Positions 1 through 12,600 of a stretch of 64,000 nucleotides of DNA are shown piece by piece. The stretch lies in the NCBI GenBank assembly GCA_965113315.1, contig OZ220365.1. One strand, 5' to 3'. The notes under the pieces are model-generated. The model searched no databases and was not told the origin of the DNA. It worked only from the letters and a program-made list of their open reading frames with translations. Each line of letters starts with the position of its first letter. Position 1 is the first letter of the stretch. Made by a program: the position numbers and the translations under genes. This stretch comes from Podarcis vaucheri (taxonomy: Eukaryota).

Positions 1-1374
1 CAAACTTCTGTGTGTGGCCAACAAGCACTGCAATAGAAAATAATTTGGAAGGCTCCAGTCCTTTCTGTTGAGGTTCTGGCAGGGACAGCAGGACTTGGGC
101 TGCCTGTAGCCTGATTGACTTAGACTGAGCAACCCTGGTTAGGATTGTTTCAGCGTACAAGTGCTGCAGGCTACTCAGGTGAAAGCTGTATGTTCAACAG
201 GAAGCTCACATACCCTGTGATTCCATGTGCTGCCCCTGACATTTCCCCCCTCTGATTTTGCACCTCCCACTGCTGTGCCCAGACCTGTATAAACACTGCA
301 TACCTTTCAGTTTGGTCTTTTGCTTTTATATCAAACTTGCTATAAGTGGATATCACTAAAGTGATACGTTGCACTTTGAAGTGCTGGGTGATGTGCCAGT
401 TCATGTCAAAAGGAGTGCTGGGTGTTAGTGTGTGATTGGGCAGTTAGTGTGTAGCAAGAAATCAATCTCCATGGGGATGCTGTCATAAAGAGAAGTGATT
501 TGCAACGCACTTGAATTCATGTAATTTATTGGGTGCATGCTGTGTCAAAGAAAATTATGCCAACTGCGTTGGGAATTATGTGAGACGATGCTGCTTTGTG
601 GGCTAAAGTGAATTGGAGGAGAGGAACAAAAGCCAGTCTGGACTTTTTAGTAACTGTGGTATAGCAAAAACAAAATATTTTTCTGTTGTTCTCTATGCTC
701 CCTGTACATAGCTTTTTTAAAAAATACAACACCCAAAATATGTAGTTTTTGCTTCTATATAGGATATAAGTATCAAGTAAACTTCATATAAAACATGTGC
801 ACTTTTAATATTTACTTGTTGGTGCACTAGTTGCTGTTGAACAAATATAATGTGTCTATTTGGGGAGCTGAATAGAGGAAATTTCATCTTAGCTCTTTTG
901 TGTTCGAGTTGGAGATGGGTTTCAGATGATGCACTTTAGGTTAATACAAAACTGTAGCGTTCCTGTTCCCTGTATAGAGGGCAGTACATAGTTTTTAACC
1001 CTTTTTATTTTTCAGCAGAAGGCTGAGAGAAAATAGCCATCAGTGTCATCCTGACTCCTGTGTGCACAGTGGAACTCCTGAACAGACAGGCTTTCCCATT
1101 CATGTCAGTGGAGGGGCAGGGTCTGAATGTCCTTTCCGTTTGTGAACACATCTCTCCTCTCTGATAGATAACAGGGGAAGCCCTTATAGGCAGGAGAGCT
1201 CTGTGTTGGCTGTGGAAGCCTTTGTGCGTGCAAGTTAAGAAGCTATTGGGGCATTTGCACTTTTTAAATGTATAGAGAAAATCTGTGTGCTCAGATGTTG
1301 AATTGTAGCCATGTAGTTGGGCTACTAGTCACATGAAATAACATAAAAGCAACAGTAGTCGAGCAATGTCACAA

Positions 1375-1657
1375 TGGCCACCAGCTTTGATGGTTTTAAA
1401 AGGGGGTTAGACAAATGAATAGGGGACAAGGCTAAAAATGGCTACTAGCCATTGGTGTGGCTGAATCCTACCTTCAGCATATGTATGCCTCTGAATACCA
1501 GTTGCTGGGAATCACAAGTCAGGGGAGTGTTGTTGTACTGAAGTCCTGCTTATATGGTTGTGCTAAGGTCCTGCAAATGGTTAGTCAATTTGAGAACAGG
1601 ATACAGGACGAGATGGGCCTTTGCTGTGATCCAGCAAGCCTCTTATTGTGTTCCTAA
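1375..1657 (+). mobile_element. CR1-type LINE 3' end fragment
   Basis: GATGGTTTTAAAAGGGGGTTAGACAAAT...GATGGGCC...TGATCCAGCA...CTTATTGTGTTCCT resembles a squamate CR1 3' terminus. Confidence 0.55.
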
Positions 1658-2504
1658 GCACATTCAAAAGCAGTTAATCCAAGATGACATTGACTTAAAT
1701 CCAAGGGTTCTTTTCCTCCAATAAGAAGGACTTCTTCTCTAGGAGGATCCAACCCAATTATTCTCAATTGTTACAGCAATGAATATTACAAGAAGATAGG
1801 AACTGAGGGAAAGAGTTTATTTCTTTTGGCACGACTCCTGCTAAAGCACAATAGGGGTCTCTGTTTATAGGAGATCAAAATAGTAGATGAAACATTTTAT
1901 GAATTGTTATTTGGGCAATGTAAAATTTACCTGCCCTTAATCAAGAGTGTCGTCATTCATAACATGGTATCATAAATGCCCTTGCCATCTGAATTGCAGC
2001 CATAATTCAACTTAACATCCATTTTCTGTTAAAAGTAGCACTCATGGGAACTTTTTAGAGGAAAATATTACAACATGGTTTCAAATTTACTGCTCAAAAT
2101 TTTTCCAAATTATTGCAAATTTGTTCTGACATCCATAGGTATGGTCTGTTCCAAAATGATGTGTATTAAATGAGGGATCAGTGTCAGGGACCTTGCATAA
2201 CAACTTTTTGAAGTGTTTGAATTAGGGAAAGAGTTTTGATAGACAGCAGAAAGAGAACTGCAAGCAGAGATAAATAGATGATACTTGTGTTTCTCACTTT
2301 AGGACATATCAAAGTGAATGCCAGTGAAGTCCTACTCATTTGCTAGTGAGGCAGTTATAAAAACTAGTGATCCAGGATGGTCTAGATGGTTCCTGCCAGG
2401 TATTTTTGGTGTGTGTGTGTGTATAGGAATGCAGTGAATTTGGATGACATGGGGTATCTACTGCTTTTCTAGAATTTGTCACTCTTGGGTTAAAATCATC
2501 CAGG

Positions 2505-2505
<1 letters not shown>

Positions 2506-2543
<38 letters not shown>
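2506..2543. repeat. (GT)n microsatellite
   Basis: Uninterrupted GT run of about 19 units. Confidence 0.95.
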
Positions 2544-2547
<4 letters not shown>

Positions 2548-2867
2548 AAGCTGAAGGAAAACTATTTTAATTAAATCCTGGAGAAAGCTAATCAGTTTTC
2601 TGAAATTTGCCAACAAATTCATGCTTTGGATAATGTGCTAAAATCCTCATGCTGAAAATGGAGGTCTCAAAAGCTGTAAAGTGTTCCACCACAACATATC
2701 CTTAGGCAATGAAAGAACTGATTGGTCATTCATGTATAAACACAGGCTGATTTGGTAGCATTATATAATGGTACCAGCTAGCATGATACATACTTTTCAC
2801 ACAAATTTCTTTCTCAAAATGTAGATTTTAATAAAAGATTATAAAATTTCAATTGAAAAGCTAAGAT

Positions 2868-2873
2868 TTTATT
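2868..2873 (-). terminator. Candidate polyadenylation signal (AATAAA) of the Vac8-like gene
   Basis: TTTATT on + strand, ~660 nt past the stop codon; first canonical hexamer I found downstream. Confidence 0.4.
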
Positions 2874-3529
2874 ATTTACAACTGGACATCTGGAAGGGGT
2901 GAAATTAGGGTTCAGGTATTCTGAAATGGGAGGCTGCCATCAACTTGCAGATGAGTTTAAGGCCATCAGAAACACCTAGGCAGCATGAAGATATTTGTCT
3001 CGTGAAATGGATTGCATGCTGCCAGAGCTGAACCTAGAGCAAGATTGATTAGTCTACCAGTATAGGCTCTCATAGTTCATGAATGCCTCAACAAGGACAA
3101 GGCAATGCTACAGTCTGTACATCTAAGGATAGTGAAAGTATCCTCAGGCCTGGCCCATCCATGTATCAAATAATGAGCTGCATTGTATGAATCAGCCATC
3201 ATGGATCAAATAGCACTAACAGACCTTTTATAAAACTTCAAGCACAGTGCTTTTTAGTAGAATCTGCAGTATCTGCCCACACATGCTACTGTGAGTCATC
3301 AAGCATTGAATAATGGGGCAGTAATACATTACTGTGTAAACTGGTCCCTAATTTCCACCCATATGGAAGTTAAAAGTCCTATTGCGCATGTGCTTGCTGT
3401 GGATTTCCCCACAGCCAAGGCGTGAAGCTGAGACACCCACATTATGAGTCAGCTCCCTATACAGAGGCAACAAGCTAGCCACCCAGAGCGACATCACCTA
3501 GAGCAAAACGCATAGGGTGGAACAAGGCT

Positions 3530-3651
3530 TCAGGTGTCCATATGTCTGACAGCAATACTGAGAAGCTCCTGTGTTTCTGCAATTTGTTGACGGACTTGGT
3601 CAAGGTGCTTCTTCAGTTGGCTCTGGTTGAATGCTGATGAAAACTCTGCAT
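3530..3651 (-). CDS. Vac8-like terminal coding exon 14 (DAEFSSAFNQSQLKKHLDQVRQQIAETQELLSIAVRHMDT*)
   Basis: ttttttag| acceptor, in phase, TGA at 3532-3530. Confidence 0.82.
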
Positions 3652-6600
3652 CTAAAAAATAGGGAAGAAACAACTCAACTTCTAGACCTGCACAACTCGT
3701 CATATGTGTACATCTTGCCCTGGTCCACAACTTTACAAAACATTGGAGAGAGGGTTTGTTCTCCTGTCTTGCATTCAGCTTGGATCTACAAAAATCTGAC
3801 ACTCATATCAAAGCCAAATTGACCAACTTTGAGAACAGGAGTTATCTATTACTCACACCTAATATATTCCTTGTTGTTTTAATACTTCCCAAGAGTAAGT
3901 TTACTTGTTCAACAATGTCTCCTGAGAATCTTGCCTCCTGCTTTCTTTGCTAGGGATATTTCATCACTTTTAGACACAGAGTGCAATGATAATCTAAGCC
4001 ATTTATCAAACATTTATGCATGCAAGTTATTTTGCATTCCATGTTAACGGATACATTTTTTAAAAAAGTAAGTCAGGTTTGGTGCTGGAAGGTGCATATA
4101 TAACTACTTTCCCACTCTGATATTTTTAAAATGCCAAAAAAGAAGACTGCTCCCCACTTTTTTATGAGAACCGTAAATAGCTGTTTCCAGGATTCATATA
4201 TGAGATTATGAGAACAGATTCAGTTCCAGTAGGAAGCTTGTAATGAATACGGCAAATGAGCCTGTATAAAGTTCTGATTGCATTCTCAGTGAAATGAGAG
4301 TCAATTAACTTTCCACCAAACCTTTTTTAAAGGAGGACTTTGGTTTTCATTACCAGAAACAGGCACGACTCAGCTGTGCATTATAGCTGCGGTGCTTCTG
4401 GTAAGTACTGATGAGCTTAGCTGTTATGCCATAGCATAGGAATCCCATGGGATATTATGTGGTGAGTGATACAGCAGTCCATACCTTTCTGTAATATGCA
4501 GAGAGTGGATATGCCCAGATGCTGAAAGCGATTCTCTTGGTGAATAAGATACTTGATGAGGTATTGCTGCACCTTGCTCATATGAGGTTTCAACAAAGAC
4601 ACCACCTCTTCTGTGCAATTAATTTGGAGACAGGAATAATTATAAAACTGAATGCATGAGGCAACATTTTACACACTTAACCTGGGAGTAAGTCACTGAA
4701 CAAAGTGGGATTTCTTCTGTGTAAACATACACTGTAAAATGTTGATACCCCATTACATTGCTGATGCACTACTTAGTTCTCTTGTTACTAAGTTGTTGGG
4801 TGAATGACAAATTATAAATTGGTATTCATAGTTTGATAATGCTTATGATAATTTTATGGTGGGAAATGTATGCTTGGGCAGATGTTTAGTGTGATCATTT
4901 TTATTGTGTTTTTTATATTTGTTTACTATGTAATTTGCCTTGAGACCTTAATAAATAAAGATTTTATAAAGCTAATTAATAATATTCAGAATTCATATAT
5001 ACCAGTCATGAATGCCAGTATGGCATGGAGAATAGAGCCTTAAACTTCAGGTTTGGTTCATAAAGTTGAAGTTTGTAAATCGGAATGATAAGATTTCTTG
5101 ATGATTTTGGCTGCTATAATAATAATAATAATATACACTCACTGTGATTATTCTGAATCTGACACTTATAACAGCTGTTATTTTTAAATGTTATATTGTG
5201 CATTCAACAGAAACATCATGTTTATGTTATCATTGGAAGCAAATTAAGCATCACTTCATATGGTGCGCAGTGATGCACAAATATTTTAGCGGCTTTGTGC
5301 AGTCTTCAACAGGGAAATGTAATCCTGAGAAAAGGATGTACACACACAAAACAGAAGCTCCTGCCATGAACTCAACATGTATTCTTTGCACCCAAAGGAG
5401 TCTGCTGGTGTGGGACAACTGATAGATGCAGCTGCCACTTGGTCCAGAGGGGGGGGGGCATCTTAGGGAGTCCTATTGTAGCCCAGGGAACTCTCTGAAA
5501 ACTCTCCTAGAATTAGCAGGATTGGAAAATAAATAAAAGTTTTGTCAAAGCTGACTGGTACAGTGCTCTCCCCTGCTATTCAACCTGTTTGGGCCCATGG
5601 GACTTCTGTTGTTGTCACCTGAGTGATATCAGGCATGCTGGAAATGCAAACATCAGATCTTTTACATTGATACGTACTGTGCTGTAGGAGGTGTTTGATC
5701 ACAAGGGCAGCGTGGAACGGAAGCTCTGCTTGTTCCAATTGGCCAGCCAGTGTCGCTAGACTGCATACCACTGAGTCATCCACCGATTCCAGCATGCGCA
5801 CTGTGGCTCCCTCTGGTGGTAGAAGAGCAGAGTAAAAGACTAAATCAGCACAGTTGAAATAAAAGACGACAAATGAACAGGCCTAGGGCCAAGGCTGAAA
5901 AGACACTAGCAGAGCTTGGGAGGCCAGTAAAATGGATTTCAGAAGACTAAGGTGGGGTGGGTCAAAATGTTCAGAAGCAGATATAGGTGGGAAGATTCCT
6001 TAGGGAGGGTTTCACCAATGGGAAATTAGATGTCCTGCTGCTCTGCTACCTCCCTTTCCATACATTCAGCTAGTAAACACCTAGAGGGCACCATGTTTGC
6101 CTCTGCTGGTCTAGAAGCACTAGAGAAATTACTAGCAATGTCAACACTACGTTACAGATACAACTCTTTAAGTTGGGATTAAAATCACTTGTCTGTGGTG
6201 TTTCACTCCTATTAGCAGCTCTGGTAGCTATGCAGCCAGTGGATAATGTAGAACTGACTGTGGGAATCTGTTGATTTTTACGACTGCCCTTTGGTTCCCT
6301 CTGTGTCCCAAAATTGTAAGGCTGCTGCAACCCTATGCACACTGACTTTTGCATAGGTAAAGGCTACAGCACTTCCTTCTGAGCAGACATGCATAACACT
6401 GTGCTGTAAAGTTGGCAGCAGCAACGGAAATCAATGAGTACAAAATGTGTGTGCTCTCAACCCATCCACTCAGCACTGAATGCCCCCTTACCATGTTTCA
6501 TCAGGTCAACAAGACAAGACATTACACAGTGAAGAGATTCCTCTTCTAGAAAGTCTATACTCTGGACAGCTTGAAAAAGTCCTTCAATGCACGGACTTTC

Positions 6601-9600
6601 TATGACTCTCTGCAAATAACAAAAGTAGATAATGTTATTACATTCATTCTGAAAATTGTGGTGCCCCCCCCCCCCCGCAATTATAGATGCCAAGCTCTTA
6701 GTTTGCCTTGGGCCTTCAGGGCTGTGCCTATTCAGCTGTTAAGCCCAGAAATGTGTGCAACAAAGGCATCTGTGGGGATATTATCTATGCAAATGCATGT
6801 TCTATTAAATGCTCTAGTTATGCATCATGACGCCCTGAGACTGTCCCACCAGGAGAGTTCAAATTACATGGATGTGCTTGAAACTAATGAGTACAGAGTA
6901 AGTCTGCAATGATATGTGTTACAATAGCCTTCATTTCACAAGAAGCCATCAAGTGTGTGATAACAAGGCAATCTGGGAGATGGTATGAGGAGCCAAGAAT
7001 ATATGGAATATTTCCTGCAAACATTTATCCATACACAGTGGGTTTCCACTTTCTTGAGCAATTATCATCTAAGGCCCTTCTTTGTGTGCTTCCTCTATGA
7101 GAGGTCTGGAGGATGGCAACATGAGAATGGGCCTTTTCTGCAGTTGCTCCCTGTTTGTGGAATGCTCTCCCCAGGGAGGCTTGCCTGGTGCCTTCATTAT
7201 ATATCCTTAGGTGCCAGGCAAAAATGTTTCTCTATAACCAGGCCTTTGGTTGGTTGAGAATTCTATGGCCTTTTAAATGTGTTTGTGGGAAGGGGTGTTA
7301 TTGGTTGGTTTTTGGTTTTGTTTTATTATGTATTTTGTGTTCTCATTTTGTATTTTTATGTTGTGAACTGCCCTATGGTCTTCAAATGGAGAACAGTATA
7401 CAAATTTAATGAAGGAGGAGGAGGAGGAACAGGAACAACCTAGTTGAAAAAGCATGTATACCAACAAAGCCAAATTTCCAAAAAGCCTACAGTGAAGGCG
7501 TAAAAGTCACAACTTGCTTTTTATTTGTTGGTAAGATTTTTCTTGTGTACTTTTTGAAACACGTGGTCATTTACTCCCTTGAATGAAGCAAAGACAATGT
7601 ATCATTTTAATTATAAGGTTGCCAGATGTCCCTGTTACCAGACAGTCCCCAGATTTACAAATCAGTCCCCATACAAAATTCATTGAAGTTGAAAAGTGTC
7701 CCCAGATTCATTGGGGGGAAAATCTGGTAACCTTCTTTTAATATCACTTAGTAAGAGAAACAGTGAAGTGAAGCCTTCAGAACAATGTGTAATCCTGAAA
7801 GGGAGACTTGGCACTCACCTCTATGCTTCTTGAAAGGCTGAGATTTTTAATAAAGCAGGCAGCGTGACCTACAATCACTGGGTCCATTTTCCAGGCGAGC
7901 AGCAGGTTCCCTACCGCCTGCAGCACTTCATCACACATCAGTGCATCCTGCAGAGGGAAAGGTAGCCAGTGAGTAGCTGAAATGAAGGCAGCAGAAGAGA
8001 CATGGTTCTACCATACCACTGTGAATGGGACTAGAGATGGGTGATTGAGATATAGATATATAGATATAGATCACTTGATTGTTAATAAAAAGCTCAAAGC
8101 AGGTAAAAAAAGAATAAAAACAATAAAATTATCAGTAAAAAAAACCCCAATTAAAACTAGTATTTAAAACATTAAAAAAATTAAAAATCAGCAATAAACT
8201 AAAACCAGAAAACACATGCCAATATTCTGCATGTCCAGACAGGCCTTTTGAAACAAACATGTTTTTTTTTTTTAAAAAAAGCAGGCACCAAAAAGAGTAG
8301 AGTGAATGAATTACTAAGGAATCAAAGAGATAAGCTTTAAGTTTTTAAAACTTTACATTTAGGATGAACTGCAACAAGTGTATTGCAATTTGGGAGCTAC
8401 AATTATGAAGAACTATGAAAAGCTCCACAAATTGTCTCTTCGTGTTTCAGTCCCAACTAACGGCAGCAATGCGGAGAAATCGAGCCTCCACTACCTCCAA
8501 ACCACATCAGATGATACTGAAATGTGTGTGTGCATCCAATGGCACATGCAGGATTTGACTTTCCTGTTCCACCACAAAACTCCCATGTTACAAGCTCCAT
8601 TCGTTTTATTGATGCCTGTGTCCCACCATATTGAGACTCGTATGTCACTCCCACATCCGAATGCATTTTTGCAGGCAAGTTTATATTATGAAGATGTGGG
8701 GCTTTTCCGTTTGTTAAGGAATGAAGGTGCTATGAAGTCAACCAAACCCAAAGTCACCAAAGAACAAATGATTTCTTCTTCCCTAGGAACACAGTGTAGT
8801 GTTGGTAACCACTGAAACATTAGTTCATCTTGGTTGGAAATGTTAGCTTTGTCCCACAGTTTGTTTTCCTGCTGGGGTTCCCATGGAGAGCTCCTTTTCT
8901 ACTTCACTTGGAATTCAGGTCAGAGCAGAATGGGAATCCTTGAAAAGGTCTTTTAAAAAACAACCCTAGGCTGGAGGGCATTGAAACAAGTAGTCTGAGC
9001 AAACCAAGATGAAAAGATGACCCAACAGAAGACAATATAAACATCTCTACTGAGGATTAATTGTTCAGGTTTCCTCTGTCACAGAACATTTTCTCCAATG
9101 CCAAAGCAGCTATACCATCCATCACAACCACAAATGGATATTTGCTACAGAATGTGAATCTCGAGAAGACAGATTAGATCCCAATATGATTATAATCAGA
9201 ATTTGTTCCCAGCGCTCCCTTTCCAACCTTATTTCTGGATATGCACATCATCCCACACTTTCAAATGCATGCTGAAGCCTTTTCAGAATGAATTTTGAAT
9301 TATTGTCTACTGATCACCTGGCCGTGTCAAACTGTCATTTTAAATGTGTTACCTTTGATGAAACTTTTGTCCACTGTCATCTTTCAAGGTTGAGCTGCCT
9401 CGGAACATTACGGCCATGCACATTTGACTAAAGCTTACAAGGCAAAGGGTAGTATAAAACAGAAATGTGTACCTGGTTGTCTGGGTGCTGGGATAAAATC
9501 CGGAGAAGAATGATGGAATTGTGCTGAGTGTCTTTCTTGTTAGATGCCAGGAGAGGGAGCAGGTGGGACGGGATCTGCAAAGCAACGATGCTGGTCTGAC

Positions 9601-12600
9601 CACTCTCTGTTTGGAAAATGAGAAGGTTGCTCAAGGTCATGTGTGTAGATCAATAGAAGCTGCTTTGGAGAAAAGGATTTGTGAGAAAAAGGGGCCTCCT
9701 CTAGACTGACTCAATCAAGTCAGCTGGACTTCACAGATCAGACAATGTTATGTTATGATAGTATAGAAGTTAAACTTCTCATTTTAATGAAAAGTCAAAA
9801 GAAGATGAAGACCAAACTGCACAAGAGGGTTGGATCGGTGTTCTGGCCAATGGCATAAAAGAACGGGGGAAAGATAGACCAATAGGATGTTTGAGCAATG
9901 CAAAATGTTTGTAGAAAGGCACTGCTGGAATTCTCTTCAGAATCAGGGGACTGAAATTGATAGAAAGGGTACAGTGGGTACAGAGAGTTGTGTTTCTGTA
10001 ACTTTGGTTGGGATTGTGGTTGTTCAAAATCAGCTGCTAGGCGGAAGTGGCTGACTGCAGCCTCTGGATTAGATAACCACTGGATTAGATCACACACACA
10101 CAATGGCACATGGATTAGATCACACACACAGTGCGTTTTTCGGGGGGGGGGATGTATAGGGGCACTCTCATTTTCCTATTCATAAGAATACTATTGAAAT
10201 ACTGCCCCTCAATGAGGCCAAACTTAGATTCACAAAATGTTTAGGGGTATGCATACCCCTGCAACCCCCCAGAAAAAGCTGTGTGTGTGTGTGTGTGTGT
10301 ATCCATACTCTTGTCTACTTTTTCCTTACAGAATTGACAGTTTAAGAATGGTAAAAGGAAGTGTATGGATTTGTAGTTATAATCCATATTATTATCCATA
10401 TTATCCATAATGATCTTGCTTGTCAGTTTAAAACACAGAGAGAGATCTTTCATTACAAGCACATGAGCAAAAATGTCAGTGACCAGGGATATTTTTCACC
10501 AACTCCTTCTTCAGTCTCTTTTCTCCTTTTATAGATGGTGTAAAACTTCCACATGATCTCTCCCCCGCCCCGAACATCTGTGGCAGAAATGTGCCTTGAG
10601 CATTGTAAGGTATTGGTCAATCAAGTTTTACTAATCTTTACATCAGTCTGAATGCTGGATTGGTTTGCAGTCACCTCCTCTAAAAAACTGAATCCGTGTT
10701 GGTTGGTATACTTTAGAACAACAGTACTGTCATTCTCACAGCCTCTGGTAACTGAAGGGTTTATTAACTTTCAAAAAAAAAAAAGTCACACCATCCACGT
10801 GCCTGAAACCAAAACATGGTATTCGTCTTACTTAAAAGAACAAAGAGTGACTTGAGGACATTCCTTCCAGAGGCTAGACTGTACAAAACACAGGAAGGAG
10901 GGGGTTCTATTTTTGTATGTTTTAAGTGACTGCAATTTTTCGTTTATTAGCATGCTAGGACTGTAGTACTTACCACTTGCGGCTAAATTCCTGAGACAGA
11001 CACAAGCCTGGTTGGAAACCTAGTTGCAGAAAACAAAGAAATCAGAACCCAACAGAGAAACAACTTTTGGCTGTGAAACGGCTGCAAAACTGACTGGTCT
11101 ACAAATAGCTTCGTGCAATACTTGCTAAACCTCCAAAATGTTCTGACAGGATTATGTGTCAATGATGGGTAAAGTTGAAATGTAAGCATGTCCTCTGTGG
11201 CAACATGAGGCAAAACTAAGCCTTTAAAGCCAACTGTGAGAGTGCCCCATAGATATCTGAGAGATACTCAAAAAAGCACTACTTATGGGTGCCTAATAGT
11301 ACAAGGATGTGTAGCCTTTCAGAAGAACAAATTGCTCTTGATTTAAGGTGCATACACACCATACATGTAAAACATACTTAAAACACATGACAACTCCCCC
11401 CAAAAAAGAAAAGAATAATGGAACTGTAGTTTAACAGTGCTACAAATTGAAGCTCTGTGAGGGGTAAACTACAGTGCTCCGGATACTCTGAGGGAAGTCA
11501 CGTGCTTTAAATGCATGGTGTGTATGCAGCCTTAGTGAACAATCCAGTTAATTTTGCATTTGTTTGGGAAGATCTGTAATTGTGATATTTTACTCCCCAC
11601 ACTACCTCACAATCTTCCCCAGGCAGAGATTAGGAAAAAGCCCATCCCTATATTCCCAGGCCATCACTGTGAGAATTAAAATATTGAACCAAGAGATCTC
11701 ACCATTATTTAAACATGGAATCCCCTCTGACTGTAGGAGATTCTGAGTTTGATCTCTTAGAAATTCATGGAAGATGCCACATCTAGCTAACTCCAGCCTT
11801 TGTGTATTCTTGCGCCCCCATGCTGAAGAAAGCATCTTTTCAGTCATTTCCCTGAACACAAGATATTTAGCCTGCAGTCCTAAGCATACAGTACCTTACT
11901 TGGAAATACATCCCACTGGTATCAATATAATATTTCTGAATAAACCAGGGAGGCTGTTAGTAAAACAAACCTGCATAATCCACAGCTTTACCTTGTCTAC
12001 AGATGAATACAGAAGGAAAAGGAGCATCCGCAGAAGAAACCTATCACTGGTTTGGAGCATGGCTTTATGGTGCTGCGAGTTTGTGGCCATGTTGCTCAGA
12101 GCTGCACAGCTATAATACTGTAAGAAGGAGAAGTGTTGTGATTTAGAGAAAGGAAAGCTTGTGGCCAAGGGTTCTTAAACTGTGGTCAAGACCTCACAGC
12201 AAATGAAAGGGACCATGACTGATGATGGCGTTCCTAGGGTGATCAGATTGAGAAGAGTATTTGCATACAGCATCTCCCTGCATTTTCTGGATTGGCACTG
12301 TAGTACACCTCCAGGAGTTTTGGGAATGTCCCAGGAAAAAAAGAATATTTGTCCAACGAGACACAACTGTGATCGCTACAGTCCACACAGAATGTGCTGG
12401 TCCTGCACTAGACCCTGCCAACTGTGTCAACCAGCATGTATTGAATTCCCTTGGATTCCCTTCCAACTTTACAATTCTATGGGTCTATGAAATACTCTAT
12501 TTGCCTATATGATTAGAAAATTATCATTGTGTAGAGAGTCTGGATGTCTAAGAGTCAACAAAGGGGGAGAATACTGCAACGGTGAGATGACCAGATCCCT

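Noticed and set aside
1001-1040. Acceptor-like tttttcagcag possibly starting a MAP7 last exon
   Set aside because: The downstream codons do not give the MAP7 C-terminus I recall (AEVI*); cannot be supported.
8378-8815. 145-aa plus-strand ORF in a Vac8-like intron
   Set aside because: Non-ATG start, no homology I recognise, no splice or promoter support.
9607-9662. Upstream pyrimidine-rich acceptor (ccaaagcag) for Vac8-like exon 9
   Set aside because: Out of phase with exon 8 and reaches a stop; the acceptor giving exon start 9606 keeps the frame and the Vac8 alignment.
10081-10130. Short direct repeats (TGGATTAGATCACACACACA twice; a similar case at 63277-63320)
   Set aside because: Ordinary local slippage duplications with no sign of function.
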